A DNA stretch of 64,000 nt from Planctomycetia bacterium. Lineage in GTDB: Bacteria > Planctomycetota > Planctomycetia > Pirellulales > Thermoguttaceae. The position numbers and the translations under genes are program-made. The stretch lies in NCBI GenBank assembly GCA_030527015.1, contig JAUNBR010000003.1:28624-92623 (forward strand), in the 5' to 3' direction. The notes beneath the pieces were generated by a model that was not told the DNA's origin, did no database searches, and saw nothing but the letters and a program-made list of their open reading frames with translations. Position 1 is the stretch's first letter. Each line of letters begins with the position of its first letter. Shown here piece by piece: positions 34,908-43,062 of the stretch.

Positions 34908-35612
34908 TCATTCTTCTGATTCAAAACACTGGATTTTTTCCCCCGGTGTCAGTACGCACGGCACCGCCTGAGTTTCTTTGCGTACCCGTATTTCCCATTC
35001 TTTCGTATCTTGTGCAATTAATTTCCATGTATCATAATGGCAGGGAATCACCACTTTCGGCTGCAAAAGCTGAATGGCTTTCAAAGATTCTTCTGGCCCC
35101 ATGGTGTATACATCACCGATCGGTAAAACCGCAATTTTTATCTGTTTTTCCGCCAAAAGTTTCATATCCCCAAAAACACCGGTGTCACACGCAAAATAAA
35201 TCGTTCCGCCCGACGCCACTTTAATCAGAAATCCACAAGGCACCCCTCCAGAAGAACCATCCGGGAGTGTCGACGAATGAAACGCTGGCGTCATTTCCAC
35301 TCTCCCAAAAAGCGTATTTACCCCACCTCCTACATTCATTCCAATTACTTTTTTTATACCCTGTTTTGACAGCCAGGCAGCAATTTCCGCCACAGTAATC
35401 ACTGCCGCACCAGTACGTTTTGCCAGTTTCAGCGTATCTCCCAGATGATCTTCATGTCCGTGTGAAACCAAAATAAAATCTGCCTTCACTGCATCCGCCG
35501 CCACGGCCGCTTTCGGATTTCCAGTCAAAAAGGGATCTACTAAAATTCGAAAACCTTTATGTTCAAATAACCATGCATTATGTCCTAACCACTGTAACGT
35601 ACTCTGCTCCAT
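34908..35612 (-). CDS. UPF0173 metallo-beta-lactamase-fold hydrolase
   Basis: LQWLGHNAWL....ILVDPF and SHGHEDH motifs. AAGGA RBS precedes the ATG at 35612. The track start at 35678 lies inside a repeat copy. Confidence 0.85.
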   Translation of the reverse strand: MEQSTLQWLGHNAWLFEHKGFRILVDPFLTGNPKAAVAADAVKADFILVSHGHEDHLGDTLKLAKRTGAAVITVAEIAAWLSKQGIKKVIGMNVGGGVNTLFGRVEMTPAFHSSTLPDGSSGGVPCGFLIKVASGGTIYFACDTGVFGDMKLLAEKQIKIAVLPIGDVYTMGPEESLKAIQLLQPKVVIPCHYDTWKLIAQDTKEWEIRVRKETQAVPCVLTPGEKIQCFESEE

Positions 35613-35627
35613 GCTCTTTTCCTTTTT

Positions 35628-35751
35628 TATATGGTTTTCCTTTAAATTCTCGTTTTGTACGGCTCTGAAAACAGACATTTTCAGCGAAAAAAATACTTGG
35701 CATGCCGGTCGGCGAACATGAGAAACGGAAATTTATCGTGCATCAGATATA
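35628..35751 (-). repeat. SIR105 long variant (one extra block)
   Basis: TATATGGTTTTCCTTTAAATTCTCGTTTTGTACGGCTCTGAAAACAG... plus the GC-rich block CTTGGCATGCCGGTCGGCGAACATG before AGAAACGGAAATTTATCGTGCATCAGATATA. Confidence 0.8.
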
Positions 35752-35975
35752 AATATACACGTTCCTTCAAAATTTTAAATTCGCCACCAGCTATTAAAAT
35801 TATCGTATCACACCACCAAGAGTCCATTATTATATAATAATTTTTCTGAAAAACAAGCGATATTTCCTGTTTAGACCGACTCCGCATTAAATTTCCTTTC
35901 ACCGCAGCTCTGACTGTTATGTTTCGGATTCACGAAACGCCGAATGGAGAAAAAATAGACAAAAAAGTAAAAAAT

Positions 35976-36113
35976 TATGCTGGTTCCACTTTAAATTTCC
36001 ATTTTGTGCTGCTCTAAAAGAGGCATTTTTAGCCCAGCCTGCTGCCGGCAGCGAAGCAAAATGTCAGTCTGTCGGCCGAAAGGTGAAATGAAATTTTATA
36101 GTATATCGGGTAA
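35976..36113 (-). repeat. SIR105 long variant (two extra blocks, 138 nt)
   Basis: TATGCTGGTTCCACTTTAAATTTCC... with CCCAGCCTGCTGCCGGC in the loop and TCAGTCTGTCGGCCGAAAGGT before the arm. Same positions as in 34597-34740. Confidence 0.85.
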
Positions 36114-36331
36114 AATATTAAAATATATAGTGTACCAGATAAATTACCTCTTTTTTTTGATTTTTTTCGAATTATTTATATACCAGCCAATTTTCCGCCG
36201 AAACTGTTTTTTGCGCAAAAATTATTACTCAAGAAATATTTATCTTTTAATATCAAAAAATTATAAATTTATTAAATTTTTCTTGACAAAAATTACACAT
36301 CATATAAAATATAATATCATCAGATTTAACA

Positions 36332-36438
36332 TATATCCTGGTTCCACTTTAAATTTCCGTTTTGTGCGGCTCTGAAAGCAGGTATTTCCAGCGAAGCAAA
36401 ATGCCTGAAAAGCGGAAATTTATTGTGTATCGGGTATA
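36332..36438 (-). repeat. SIR105 full copy
   Basis: Near-consensus copy: TATATCCTGGTTCCACTTTAAATTTCCGTTTTGTGCGGCTCTGAAAGCAGG...TTATTGTGTATCGGGTATA. Confidence 0.95.
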
Positions 36439-36445
36439 TAATTTT

Positions 36446-36530
36446 TTTATTTCTGATATACGACAAATTAAATTTCCGTGGTCTGCATAACCGACTAAAA
36501 TTTTTAGAATTTTGGTTCACTATTCTGATT
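36446..36530 (+). repeat. SIR105 degenerate copy
   Basis: TATTTCTGATATACGACAAATTAAATTTCCGTGG...TTTTTAGAATTTTGGTTCACTAT. Confidence 0.35.
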
Positions 36531-36579
36531 TTACATTAAGCTTTCATTTCCCGCGAGAAATTCAGAAAAATGTGATAAT

Positions 36580-36679
36580 CATACTGTTTTTTAATTTAAG
36601 TTCGTGTGATTCTAAACACAGGCAGTTTTAACGAAACAAAATACCAGAGAAGAGAAAATTTATTACACTTTTTGGTATA
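36580..36679 (-). repeat. SIR105 degenerate copy
   Basis: CATACTGTTTTTTAATTTAAGTTCGTGTGATTCTAAACACAGGCAGTTTTAACGAAACAAAATACC...AAAATTTATTACACTTTTTGGTATA. Confidence 0.5.
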
Positions 36680-36752
36680 AATATCGCGCGAAATACAGAA
36701 AAATAATAAAATTTATCGTATATCAGAGAAATAAAACCAGAAAGATCAAAAC

Positions 36753-37838
36753 ATGGGCACAGAAAGAAAATTTATTACACGTTATGACGCTCAGCCACCT
36801 TTTTTTGTCGGAGTCGATCTGGGAGGCACCGCCACAAAAATAGGTCTTGTCGACGATTATGGACGAATTCTTAACTGGTGTCAGGAAGCCACCGAGTGTG
36901 AAAATGGCCCGGAAGACACCATCCGAAGGATCGGAAAACGCATTATGGAGCTGACGAAAGAAGCCGATCTTTCATTATCACAGATCGCGCGGGTCGGGCT
37001 GGGAGCACCGGGAATTTTAAATTTTGCGGAAGGAAAAATGGTAAATCCCACCAATTTTCCCGGATGGAATAATTTCCCTGTCCGTGATATTCTCTCAAAT
37101 CACTGTGGAATGCCCGTCTCTTTTGTAAATGACGCTTCTGCTGCCGCTTATGGAGAATTTTGGGTGGGAAAAGGCCGTATGTTCCATTCCATGATCATGC
37201 TGACTCTCGGAACCGGCGTGGGCTGCGGAATTATCGTCGGGGACCTAATTTTAGAAGGCGAAAATGGACACGGAACGGAATGTGGACACATTATCGTGGA
37301 TTCTTCTGAATCCGCCAAAAAATGCTCCTGTGGTCAGCTGGGACATCTGGAATCTTACGCCTGTGCGAAAGCAGTGGTGCGTGATGCCCATGAAATATTA
37401 CTAAATCCTAAAATCCAAACATCCATACGTGCCCGTCTGGAAAATGGAGAACCATTAACCGCTTTAATTATCGGGGAAGAAGCGGAAAAGGGAGATGAAA
37501 TCGCGCTTTCGATCGTAATGAAAACAGCAAAATACATCGCCATCGGCCTGGTTTCTCTTCTGCATACGATAGACCCCTCCGGAATCTTACTCGGCGGGTC
37601 CATGACCTTTAACCAGCCACACTGGACACTCGGGGGACGTTTTCTGGAGCGTATTCGCCAGGAAATCTGCCAAAGAACTTTTCCCACGCTGGCAGAAAAT
37701 TTAGTACTGGAATTCGCCTCTTTAGGCGCAGATGCAGGTTTTCTGGGAGCCGCGGGAGTAGCGCGAATGGAATTTCGCCGGAGAAAAGGTCCGGAAGCGA
37801 CACGCCAGGCACAGCGAAGTACCTCTTCACTTATTTAA
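36753..37838 (+). CDS. ROK family sugar kinase (glucokinase-like)
   Basis: GVDLGGT..KIGLVD N terminus and ROK zinc motif GHGTECGH....C.CG..GHLE. Confidence 0.85.
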   Translation: MGTERKFITRYDAQPPFFVGVDLGGTATKIGLVDDYGRILNWCQEATECENGPEDTIRRIGKRIMELTKEADLSLSQIARVGLGAPGILNFAEGKMVNPTNFPGWNNFPVRDILSNHCGMPVSFVNDASAAAYGEFWVGKGRMFHSMIMLTLGTGVGCGIIVGDLILEGENGHGTECGHIIVDSSESAKKCSCGQLGHLESYACAKAVVRDAHEILLNPKIQTSIRARLENGEPLTALIIGEEAEKGDEIALSIVMKTAKYIAIGLVSLLHTIDPSGILLGGSMTFNQPHWTLGGRFLERIRQEICQRTFPTLAENLVLEFASLGADAGFLGAAGVARMEFRRRKGPEATRQAQRSTSSLI

Positions 37839-38004
37839 GTCCCGCCACTTCACCTTTAATTTTTAGTACGATCACTTTCACTATTTTTTAATTTTTGCTT
37901 TTCCTGTCACTCACCGAATAACGCAGGAATACTTTTTTTATTTTGTTATTTTTTATTTTTTTTTACAAAATATCTTTTTCTGTCTGCATTTTTTATGCCG
38001 TATA

Positions 38005-38110
38005 TATACTGGTTCCAATTTAAAATTTCGTTTTGTGCGGCTCTAAAAGCAGGCTTTTTCAGTGAAGCAAAAAAGCCGGTGAAGCTGAATTTTATAATGT
38101 ATCGTATATA
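38005..38110 (-). repeat. SIR105 full copy, subfamily B
   Basis: TATACTGGTTCCAATTTAAAATTTCG...CAGGCTTTTTCAGTGAAGCAAAAAAGCCGG...GCTGAATTTTATAATGTATCGTATATA. Confidence 0.9.
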
Positions 38111-38215
38111 AAATGCTTCGCTTTTAAATTTCCGTTTTATACGGCTCTGAATGCAGGTATTTTCAGTGAAGCAAAAATGCCGAGAAAGCGGAATTTTATC
38201 GTGCATCCGGATATA
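38111..38215 (-). repeat. SIR105 full copy (terminus diverged)
   Basis: ...CGCTTTTAAATTTCCGTTTTATACGGCTCTGAATGCAGGTATTTTCAGTGAAGCAAAAATGCC...GCGGAATTTTATCGTGCATCCGGATATA. Confidence 0.85.
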
Positions 38216-38220
38216 AAGTG

Positions 38221-38280
38221 TCAGAAAAGCAAAAATTTCGTGCCAGAAAAGCAAAAATTCATAGTGCATCGGATACAAAA
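38221..38280 (-). repeat. two SIR105 arm fragments
   Basis: CAGAAAAGCAAAAATTTCGTGC and CAGAAAAGCAAAAATTCATAGTGCATCGGATACA. Confidence 0.4.
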
Positions 38281-38324
38281 TAGAACCAGGGCACGCTGGA
38301 AAACACTTACTTTCTCCACATGTC

Positions 38325-39719
38325 ATGCAACTTATCGGACTTCTTGACTGTAACAGTTTTTTTGCTTCTTGTGAACAGGTTTTTGCCCCCCACCTGCTGG
38401 CAAAACCTGTCGTCGTTTTGTCGAATAATGACGGCTGTGTCGTGGCGCGATCTGCGGAGGCGAAAAAACTCGGCATCTCCATGGGTACACCGTTTTTTCA
38501 GATCAAAAAAATGTGCCAGCAGGGAGAAATTCATGCTTTTTCTAGTAATTTCCGGCTTTATGCTGACATGAGTCGCCGAGTCATGACCTGCCTCAGGCAG
38601 TGGACGCCGAAACTGGAAATTTATTCTATCGACGAAGCATTTATGGACTTTTCCGGTATGCTGAACGCGGAAACAGACGCTTTTCAGAGGAAAATCGTAG
38701 AAACGGTGAAAAAATGGACGGGAATTCCAGTTTCACTGGGCGTGGCACGAACGAAAACACTGGCGAAAATAGCGAATCATGTGGCTAAAAAAAATGGAGT
38801 GGGATTCTTCACTTTAAACTCACTCGGACAGGCACAGGAAATTCTCAGCGTGCTGCCGGTGGGGGAAGTCTGGGGAGTGGGAACACGTTCCGCACGAAAA
38901 TTCATGCAGCAGGGAATCCGTACCGGATGGGATCTTTTAAATACGGATCCACTGTGGGCACGAAAGAATTTTTCTGTCGTTCAGGAACGCATTATCCGAG
39001 AGCTGCGCGGAGAAAACTGTCTGGAAATGGAATATCTTCCTGCACCGAAACAGTCGATTCAGGTCTCCCGATCTTTTGGCGAAAAACTTACCACGCTGGA
39101 AGATCTGGAGAAGCCTGTTTCATCATTTCTTGTTCGTGCAGCCGAAAAATTACGGGCACAAAACAGTTTAGCCAGCGCTATTTTTTTAAGTGTTTCCGGA
39201 AAATGGACAGAACCACCTCTTTTTATACACACGGATAAGAATTCGGACAAAACAGACGCTCCCCCCTCCAGTATTTTTGGCTGGAAGACCTCATCTTATC
39301 AGGATAATACCGCCCCTACAGGAACTTATTACAGTAATTCTGTTACGCTTCCCCTGGGTTTTCCCTGTAATAACACATCTTATATGCTTCCTCTGACCTT
39401 AAAGGGGCTTCGTCAAATTTTTCATCCACAAATCGCCTTTAAAAAAGCCAGCGTTACACTTCTGGGAATTACCAGTCGGGGAGAAAACCAGCAGATCCAG
39501 CTTTTTGATAACGCTCCCACTCAAGACACACAGCGCAGCATCCGATTAATGGAAACTCTGGACGCACTGCATGCTCAGCTGGGCAAAGAATGTATCGTTT
39601 TTGGAACGGAAGAATTACCTCATCCAAAAAATGCTCCGCAAAATACATGGAAAAGTCTTTCGGAAAGACGCTCGCCTAATTACACTTCCGACTGGAATGA
39701 CCTGCCGGAAGTTCATTAA
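38325..39719 (+). CDS. umuC: Y-family DNA polymerase (UmuC-like)
   Basis: N terminus LLDCNSFFASCEQVF.P.L..KPVVVLSNNDGCVVARS.EAK..GI is typical of UmuC. No umuD-like gene upstream. Confidence 0.82.
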   Translation: MQLIGLLDCNSFFASCEQVFAPHLLAKPVVVLSNNDGCVVARSAEAKKLGISMGTPFFQIKKMCQQGEIHAFSSNFRLYADMSRRVMTCLRQWTPKLEIYSIDEAFMDFSGMLNAETDAFQRKIVETVKKWTGIPVSLGVARTKTLAKIANHVAKKNGVGFFTLNSLGQAQEILSVLPVGEVWGVGTRSARKFMQQGIRTGWDLLNTDPLWARKNFSVVQERIIRELRGENCLEMEYLPAPKQSIQVSRSFGEKLTTLEDLEKPVSSFLVRAAEKLRAQNSLASAIFLSVSGKWTEPPLFIHTDKNSDKTDAPPSSIFGWKTSSYQDNTAPTGTYYSNSVTLPLGFPCNNTSYMLPLTLKGLRQIFHPQIAFKKASVTLLGITSRGENQQIQLFDNAPTQDTQRSIRLMETLDALHAQLGKECIVFGTEELPHPKNAPQNTWKSLSERRSPNYTSDWNDLPEVH

Positions 39720-39800
39720 AATTTACTGGACATGAAACACCAGAATCTGACCGAAAAATCAGTATGTGCAAAATAAGAAACGATTTACCCCTGTTATTTT

Positions 39801-40008
39801 TATACCTGATACCATAAAAAAATTCATTTTCCGGCATCTTATACCCGATACACTGTAAATTTCCACTTCCTCCGTATTTTACTTCGCTGAAAATGTCTGT
39901 TTCAGAACCGCAAAAAATGGAATTTAAACGAAAACCTGTATATTTCGCGAAGAATATGTATATTTTCAGAGAAACAAAAAACGAAAATTTAAGGTAAAAC
40001 CGCCATAA
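39801..40008 (+). mobile_element. SIR105 copy split by insertion of another SIR105 copy (nested composite)
   Basis: Outer 5' part 39801-39839 ends ...TTCCGGCATCT. Outer 3' part 39943-40008 resumes TTTCGCGAAGAATATG...AAAAACGAAAATTTAAGGTAAAACCGCCATA. Confidence 0.65.
39840..39942 (+). repeat. SIR105 full copy (inner element of nested pair)
   Basis: TATACCCGATACACTGTAAATTTCCACTTCCTCCGTATTTTACTTCGCTGAAAATG...GGAATTTAAACGAAAACCTGTATA. Confidence 0.85.
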
Positions 40009-40053
40009 ATATTTTTCCATATAACCGAAACACATTTTACCCAGGCATATAAA

Positions 40054-40156
40054 TATACCCGATACACTATAAATTTCCACTTCTCATGCATTTTTGCTTC
40101 GAGAAAAATGTCTGTTTCAGAACCGTACAAAACGGAAATTTAAATAGAACCATATA
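40054..40156 (+). repeat. SIR105 full copy
   Basis: TATACCCGATACACTATAAATTTCCACTTCTCATGCATTTTTGCTTCGAGAAAAATG...GGAAATTTAAATAGAACCATATA. Confidence 0.85.
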
Positions 40157-40192
40157 ATAAAAAAGCCGTAATATTTCCAGAACATTACGGCC
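40157..40192 (-). terminator. intrinsic terminator downstream of GH2 gene
   Basis: GCCGTAAT (40165-40172) pairs with ATTACGGC (40184-40191). On the minus strand the hairpin is followed by TTTTTTAT. Confidence 0.6.
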
Positions 40193-40223
40193 ACAAAAAA
40201 TCATTTTTTGCTGCGAAGATAAA

Positions 40224-42575
40224 TTATTCTTCAAAAAGGATTCCCAGATCGATATACTGCAGTCCTCTTTTTTGATGAACATGAACCGCGATAACGTTCG
40301 GACCTTCTTTTAAGGCTTTTACAGCATTTTCATCCAGGCGAAACTCTTCATAATTCACGGTATAACCGGTGGTCTCAAATATTTTCACCCCATTCAGATA
40401 CACTTCCACATCATCATCGTGATGGATTCTTAAAGCCATTCCTTTCGGTAATTCTTCCGTAAAAGTGAAACTTTGGCGCATCCATATATCTCGGGTATCC
40501 CATTTCGTCCTTAACGCATCCGCACCAGGCGTTCCTTCCCTTCCGAATCCCGCAGGACCTTCCTGCCAGAGAGTGGCGTCAAAATCCAGCGTGGTCCAGG
40601 CATTTCCTTCTGGTTTTTCAAAAGTATATCGCCACACTCTCGGAGATTCTTCTGCGGTGGGAAGAAATACCTTATACTTCTTCGGCGCGGAGAAAAGCAT
40701 CTGATTTATTTCTTTTACGCGATCTTTTCCCATTTTATTCACTTTTCTGTCATACGTCAAAAGACCATTCGTCTCCGTTTCCACATCTGTCGTCTGTGTA
40801 TAAACCGCAGCAGAAAGTCCACGTGGAATTAATGACGCCGTTCTTTCGACTAATTTAGAATATCTCGTAGTGAGTGAATACACATGGGAAAAATTCACAT
40901 AACCCCAGTTTCGTTTCCCTGTCTGCCAAAGATGCTCCCGCACGGGAAGCCCCAGACCGCCGAATTCTCCAAGAACCATCGCGCGCTGTGACTGATAATC
41001 TGGTATATCTGGCCCCGGATAAGAGTGAACATCTTTCACGGAACCGCACCCTGGCACATCCGTCCATCCACTGGCACAATTCACCAGACGTGTCGGATCC
41101 AGAGCCTGTGTCCACTGCACCACCTGAGGCGTATCGAACTGTCCCCAGCCCTCATTAAACACCACCCACATAATAATAGACGGCGAATTACGCAGGGTTT
41201 TCACAATTTCTCCCCATTCTCGATAATAATTTCTTTTCCCTTCTTCTGAAATCGGAAAATCGCCAGAAACCATATCTTGCCACACTAAAATTCCCAGTTT
41301 ATCACACCAGGCATAATACCGCCGCGGCTCCACTTTTACATGTTTTCGCAGCATATTAAACCCCATGGCTTTCGTGATTTCCACATCATATTTCAGCGCG
41401 TCATCCGTCGGTGCCGTATATAATCCATCCGGCCACCATCCCTGATCCAAAAGTCCATACTGAAACATAAATTTATCATTCAGAAGAAGACGCATATGTC
41501 CATCTTCTGTTTTTTTCACAGAAGTCGTACGCACACCAAAATAACCTGTTATGGAATCCACCATTTTTGAATTCACCAGCACGTCCACCGTCAGCGTATA
41601 CAGATACGGATGATCCGGTGTCCATAATCTGGCTTCATCCAAAACCAGAACTCCGCTAAAACGCCTCAGAGGAACTTTTACATTCATCGTCAGATTCTGG
41701 ATGTCATTTTCCACTTCCGATTTCCCATCCAGCACCACAGAAAACGCCCCCACTTCCGCACCATCCATATCAGATGCAGTAATATTTATCAGCGCACCCT
41801 CTGGCGCAATCACCGTTCCCTCCACATACACTTTTCCATTAAGTGTCGGTATCAATTTTTCATTAAACTTTTCCGCCGCCGCGGTCCACACATCCACGAC
41901 TGCCCCCTCTGGCGAAACCGGCTCCAGCCACACGCTTCCCCAGATACCTGTTACCCCAGTATACCAGATTCCTTCCGGATTTAATGACTGCTTTCCCCGT
42001 GGCTGGTAACTTCCACGCGCACTGGTGGCATCATAAACCGTTACCTCCAAAAGCTGCTGACCTGAATCCTTCAGCTCCTGCGTAATATCCATGGAAAACG
42101 GTACATAACCTCCCCGGTGTACCCCCACCTCTCTTCCATTTACCCGCACTTCCGCTTCCCAGTCCACCGCCTCAAAATTCAGTAAAATCCGACTCCCTTT
42201 CCATTCCTCAGGAACCTCAAACATCCGACAATAATATATTTTTTCTTCAGAATTCACCGACTTCTTTACTCCCGAAAGTGCCGATTCGGGCGGAAATGGA
42301 ACCAGAATTTTTCCGTCATATTCTCCTGCTCCGACACTTTCTTTCGGGCGAATCGCATAATCCCACATACCATTCAGAGATTTCCAGTTCTTCCGTTCCA
42401 TCTGCGGACGCGGATATTCCCCATGACAATTTTCCGGATCCACTTTTACTCCCCAGTCCGTCAGCATCACTCCTTCAGGAATGTTCCACTGCTGAGCAAA
42501 AAGTAATGTCTGCGCACAAAACACGAATAAAAAAACCATTACTTTTCCCCAAAAAATTTCCCTGCTTTTTTGCAT
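40224..42575 (-). CDS. glycoside hydrolase family 2 protein
   Basis: 783 aa with a signal peptide. Sugar-binding/Ig/TIM layout with an IIMWVVFNEGWGQ catalytic-acid region and an extra C-terminal beta-sandwich. AGGAGG RBS. Confidence 0.85.
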   Translation of the reverse strand: MQKSREIFWGKVMVFLFVFCAQTLLFAQQWNIPEGVMLTDWGVKVDPENCHGEYPRPQMERKNWKSLNGMWDYAIRPKESVGAGEYDGKILVPFPPESALSGVKKSVNSEEKIYYCRMFEVPEEWKGSRILLNFEAVDWEAEVRVNGREVGVHRGGYVPFSMDITQELKDSGQQLLEVTVYDATSARGSYQPRGKQSLNPEGIWYTGVTGIWGSVWLEPVSPEGAVVDVWTAAAEKFNEKLIPTLNGKVYVEGTVIAPEGALINITASDMDGAEVGAFSVVLDGKSEVENDIQNLTMNVKVPLRRFSGVLVLDEARLWTPDHPYLYTLTVDVLVNSKMVDSITGYFGVRTTSVKKTEDGHMRLLLNDKFMFQYGLLDQGWWPDGLYTAPTDDALKYDVEITKAMGFNMLRKHVKVEPRRYYAWCDKLGILVWQDMVSGDFPISEEGKRNYYREWGEIVKTLRNSPSIIMWVVFNEGWGQFDTPQVVQWTQALDPTRLVNCASGWTDVPGCGSVKDVHSYPGPDIPDYQSQRAMVLGEFGGLGLPVREHLWQTGKRNWGYVNFSHVYSLTTRYSKLVERTASLIPRGLSAAVYTQTTDVETETNGLLTYDRKVNKMGKDRVKEINQMLFSAPKKYKVFLPTAEESPRVWRYTFEKPEGNAWTTLDFDATLWQEGPAGFGREGTPGADALRTKWDTRDIWMRQSFTFTEELPKGMALRIHHDDDVEVYLNGVKIFETTGYTVNYEEFRLDENAVKALKEGPNVIAVHVHQKRGLQYIDLGILFEE

Positions 42576-42665
42576 AAATCCTCCTAATATTTCTTCATTT
42601 CCGATTCCATTTTAAATCTCATTCATTATAACCATAAAACTGAAATTTCATTCACTGAAAATTCT

Positions 42666-42772
42666 TATATTCGGGCTCTCCTTTAAATTTCCTTTTTGTG
42701 CTGCTCTAAAATCAGGTATTTTCAGCAAAGCAAAATGCCGGAGAAACGGAATTTTATCGTACATCGGGTATA
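42666..42772 (-). repeat. SIR105 full copy
   Basis: TATATTCGGGCTCTCCTTTAAATTTCCTTTTTGTGCTGCTCTAAAATCAGGTATTTTCAGCAAAGCAAAATGCC...TTATCGTACATCGGGTATA. Confidence 0.85.
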
Positions 42773-42858
42773 AATATATCTGACTTCATTTATATGAAAA
42801 GAAGCCTGATATTACCATTCCTCTTAATTATACAGCTCCCAATTTTAAATTTCCATTT

Positions 42859-42963
42859 TATACAGGATCTTCTTTAAATTCCTTTTTGCGCTGCTCTGAA
42901 ATCAGGCTTTTTTTTAAAGAAAAAATGCCGTGGACGCGGAAATTTATCGTGCATCAGAGATAT
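42859..42963 (-). repeat. SIR105 full copy, diverged
   Basis: TATACAGGATCTTCTTTAAATTCCTTTTTGCGCTGCTCTGAAATCAGG...GCGGAAATTTATCGTGCATCAGAGATA. Confidence 0.75.
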
Positions 42964-43062
42964 GCGCAGCCATAAAAAGGCAGCATTTCATGCATCGCAA
43001 AAACAGAGAAAAGAAAAATTTATCGCACGCCGGGCCAGATTATTTATCACATGCGGAGCACA

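Noticed and set aside
37946-38482. 178-aa minus-strand ORF, and the ORFs at 36004-36375, 6240-6824, 9516-9866, 32611-32955, 39676-40080, 44298-44624, 52620-52904, 58292-58585 and 61294-61578
   Set aside because: All are stitched together from the stop-free frames of consecutive SIR105 copies and AT-rich spacer. Their peptides repeat the YPIHYKFPL.RHF / FKFPFCAALKAG signatures.
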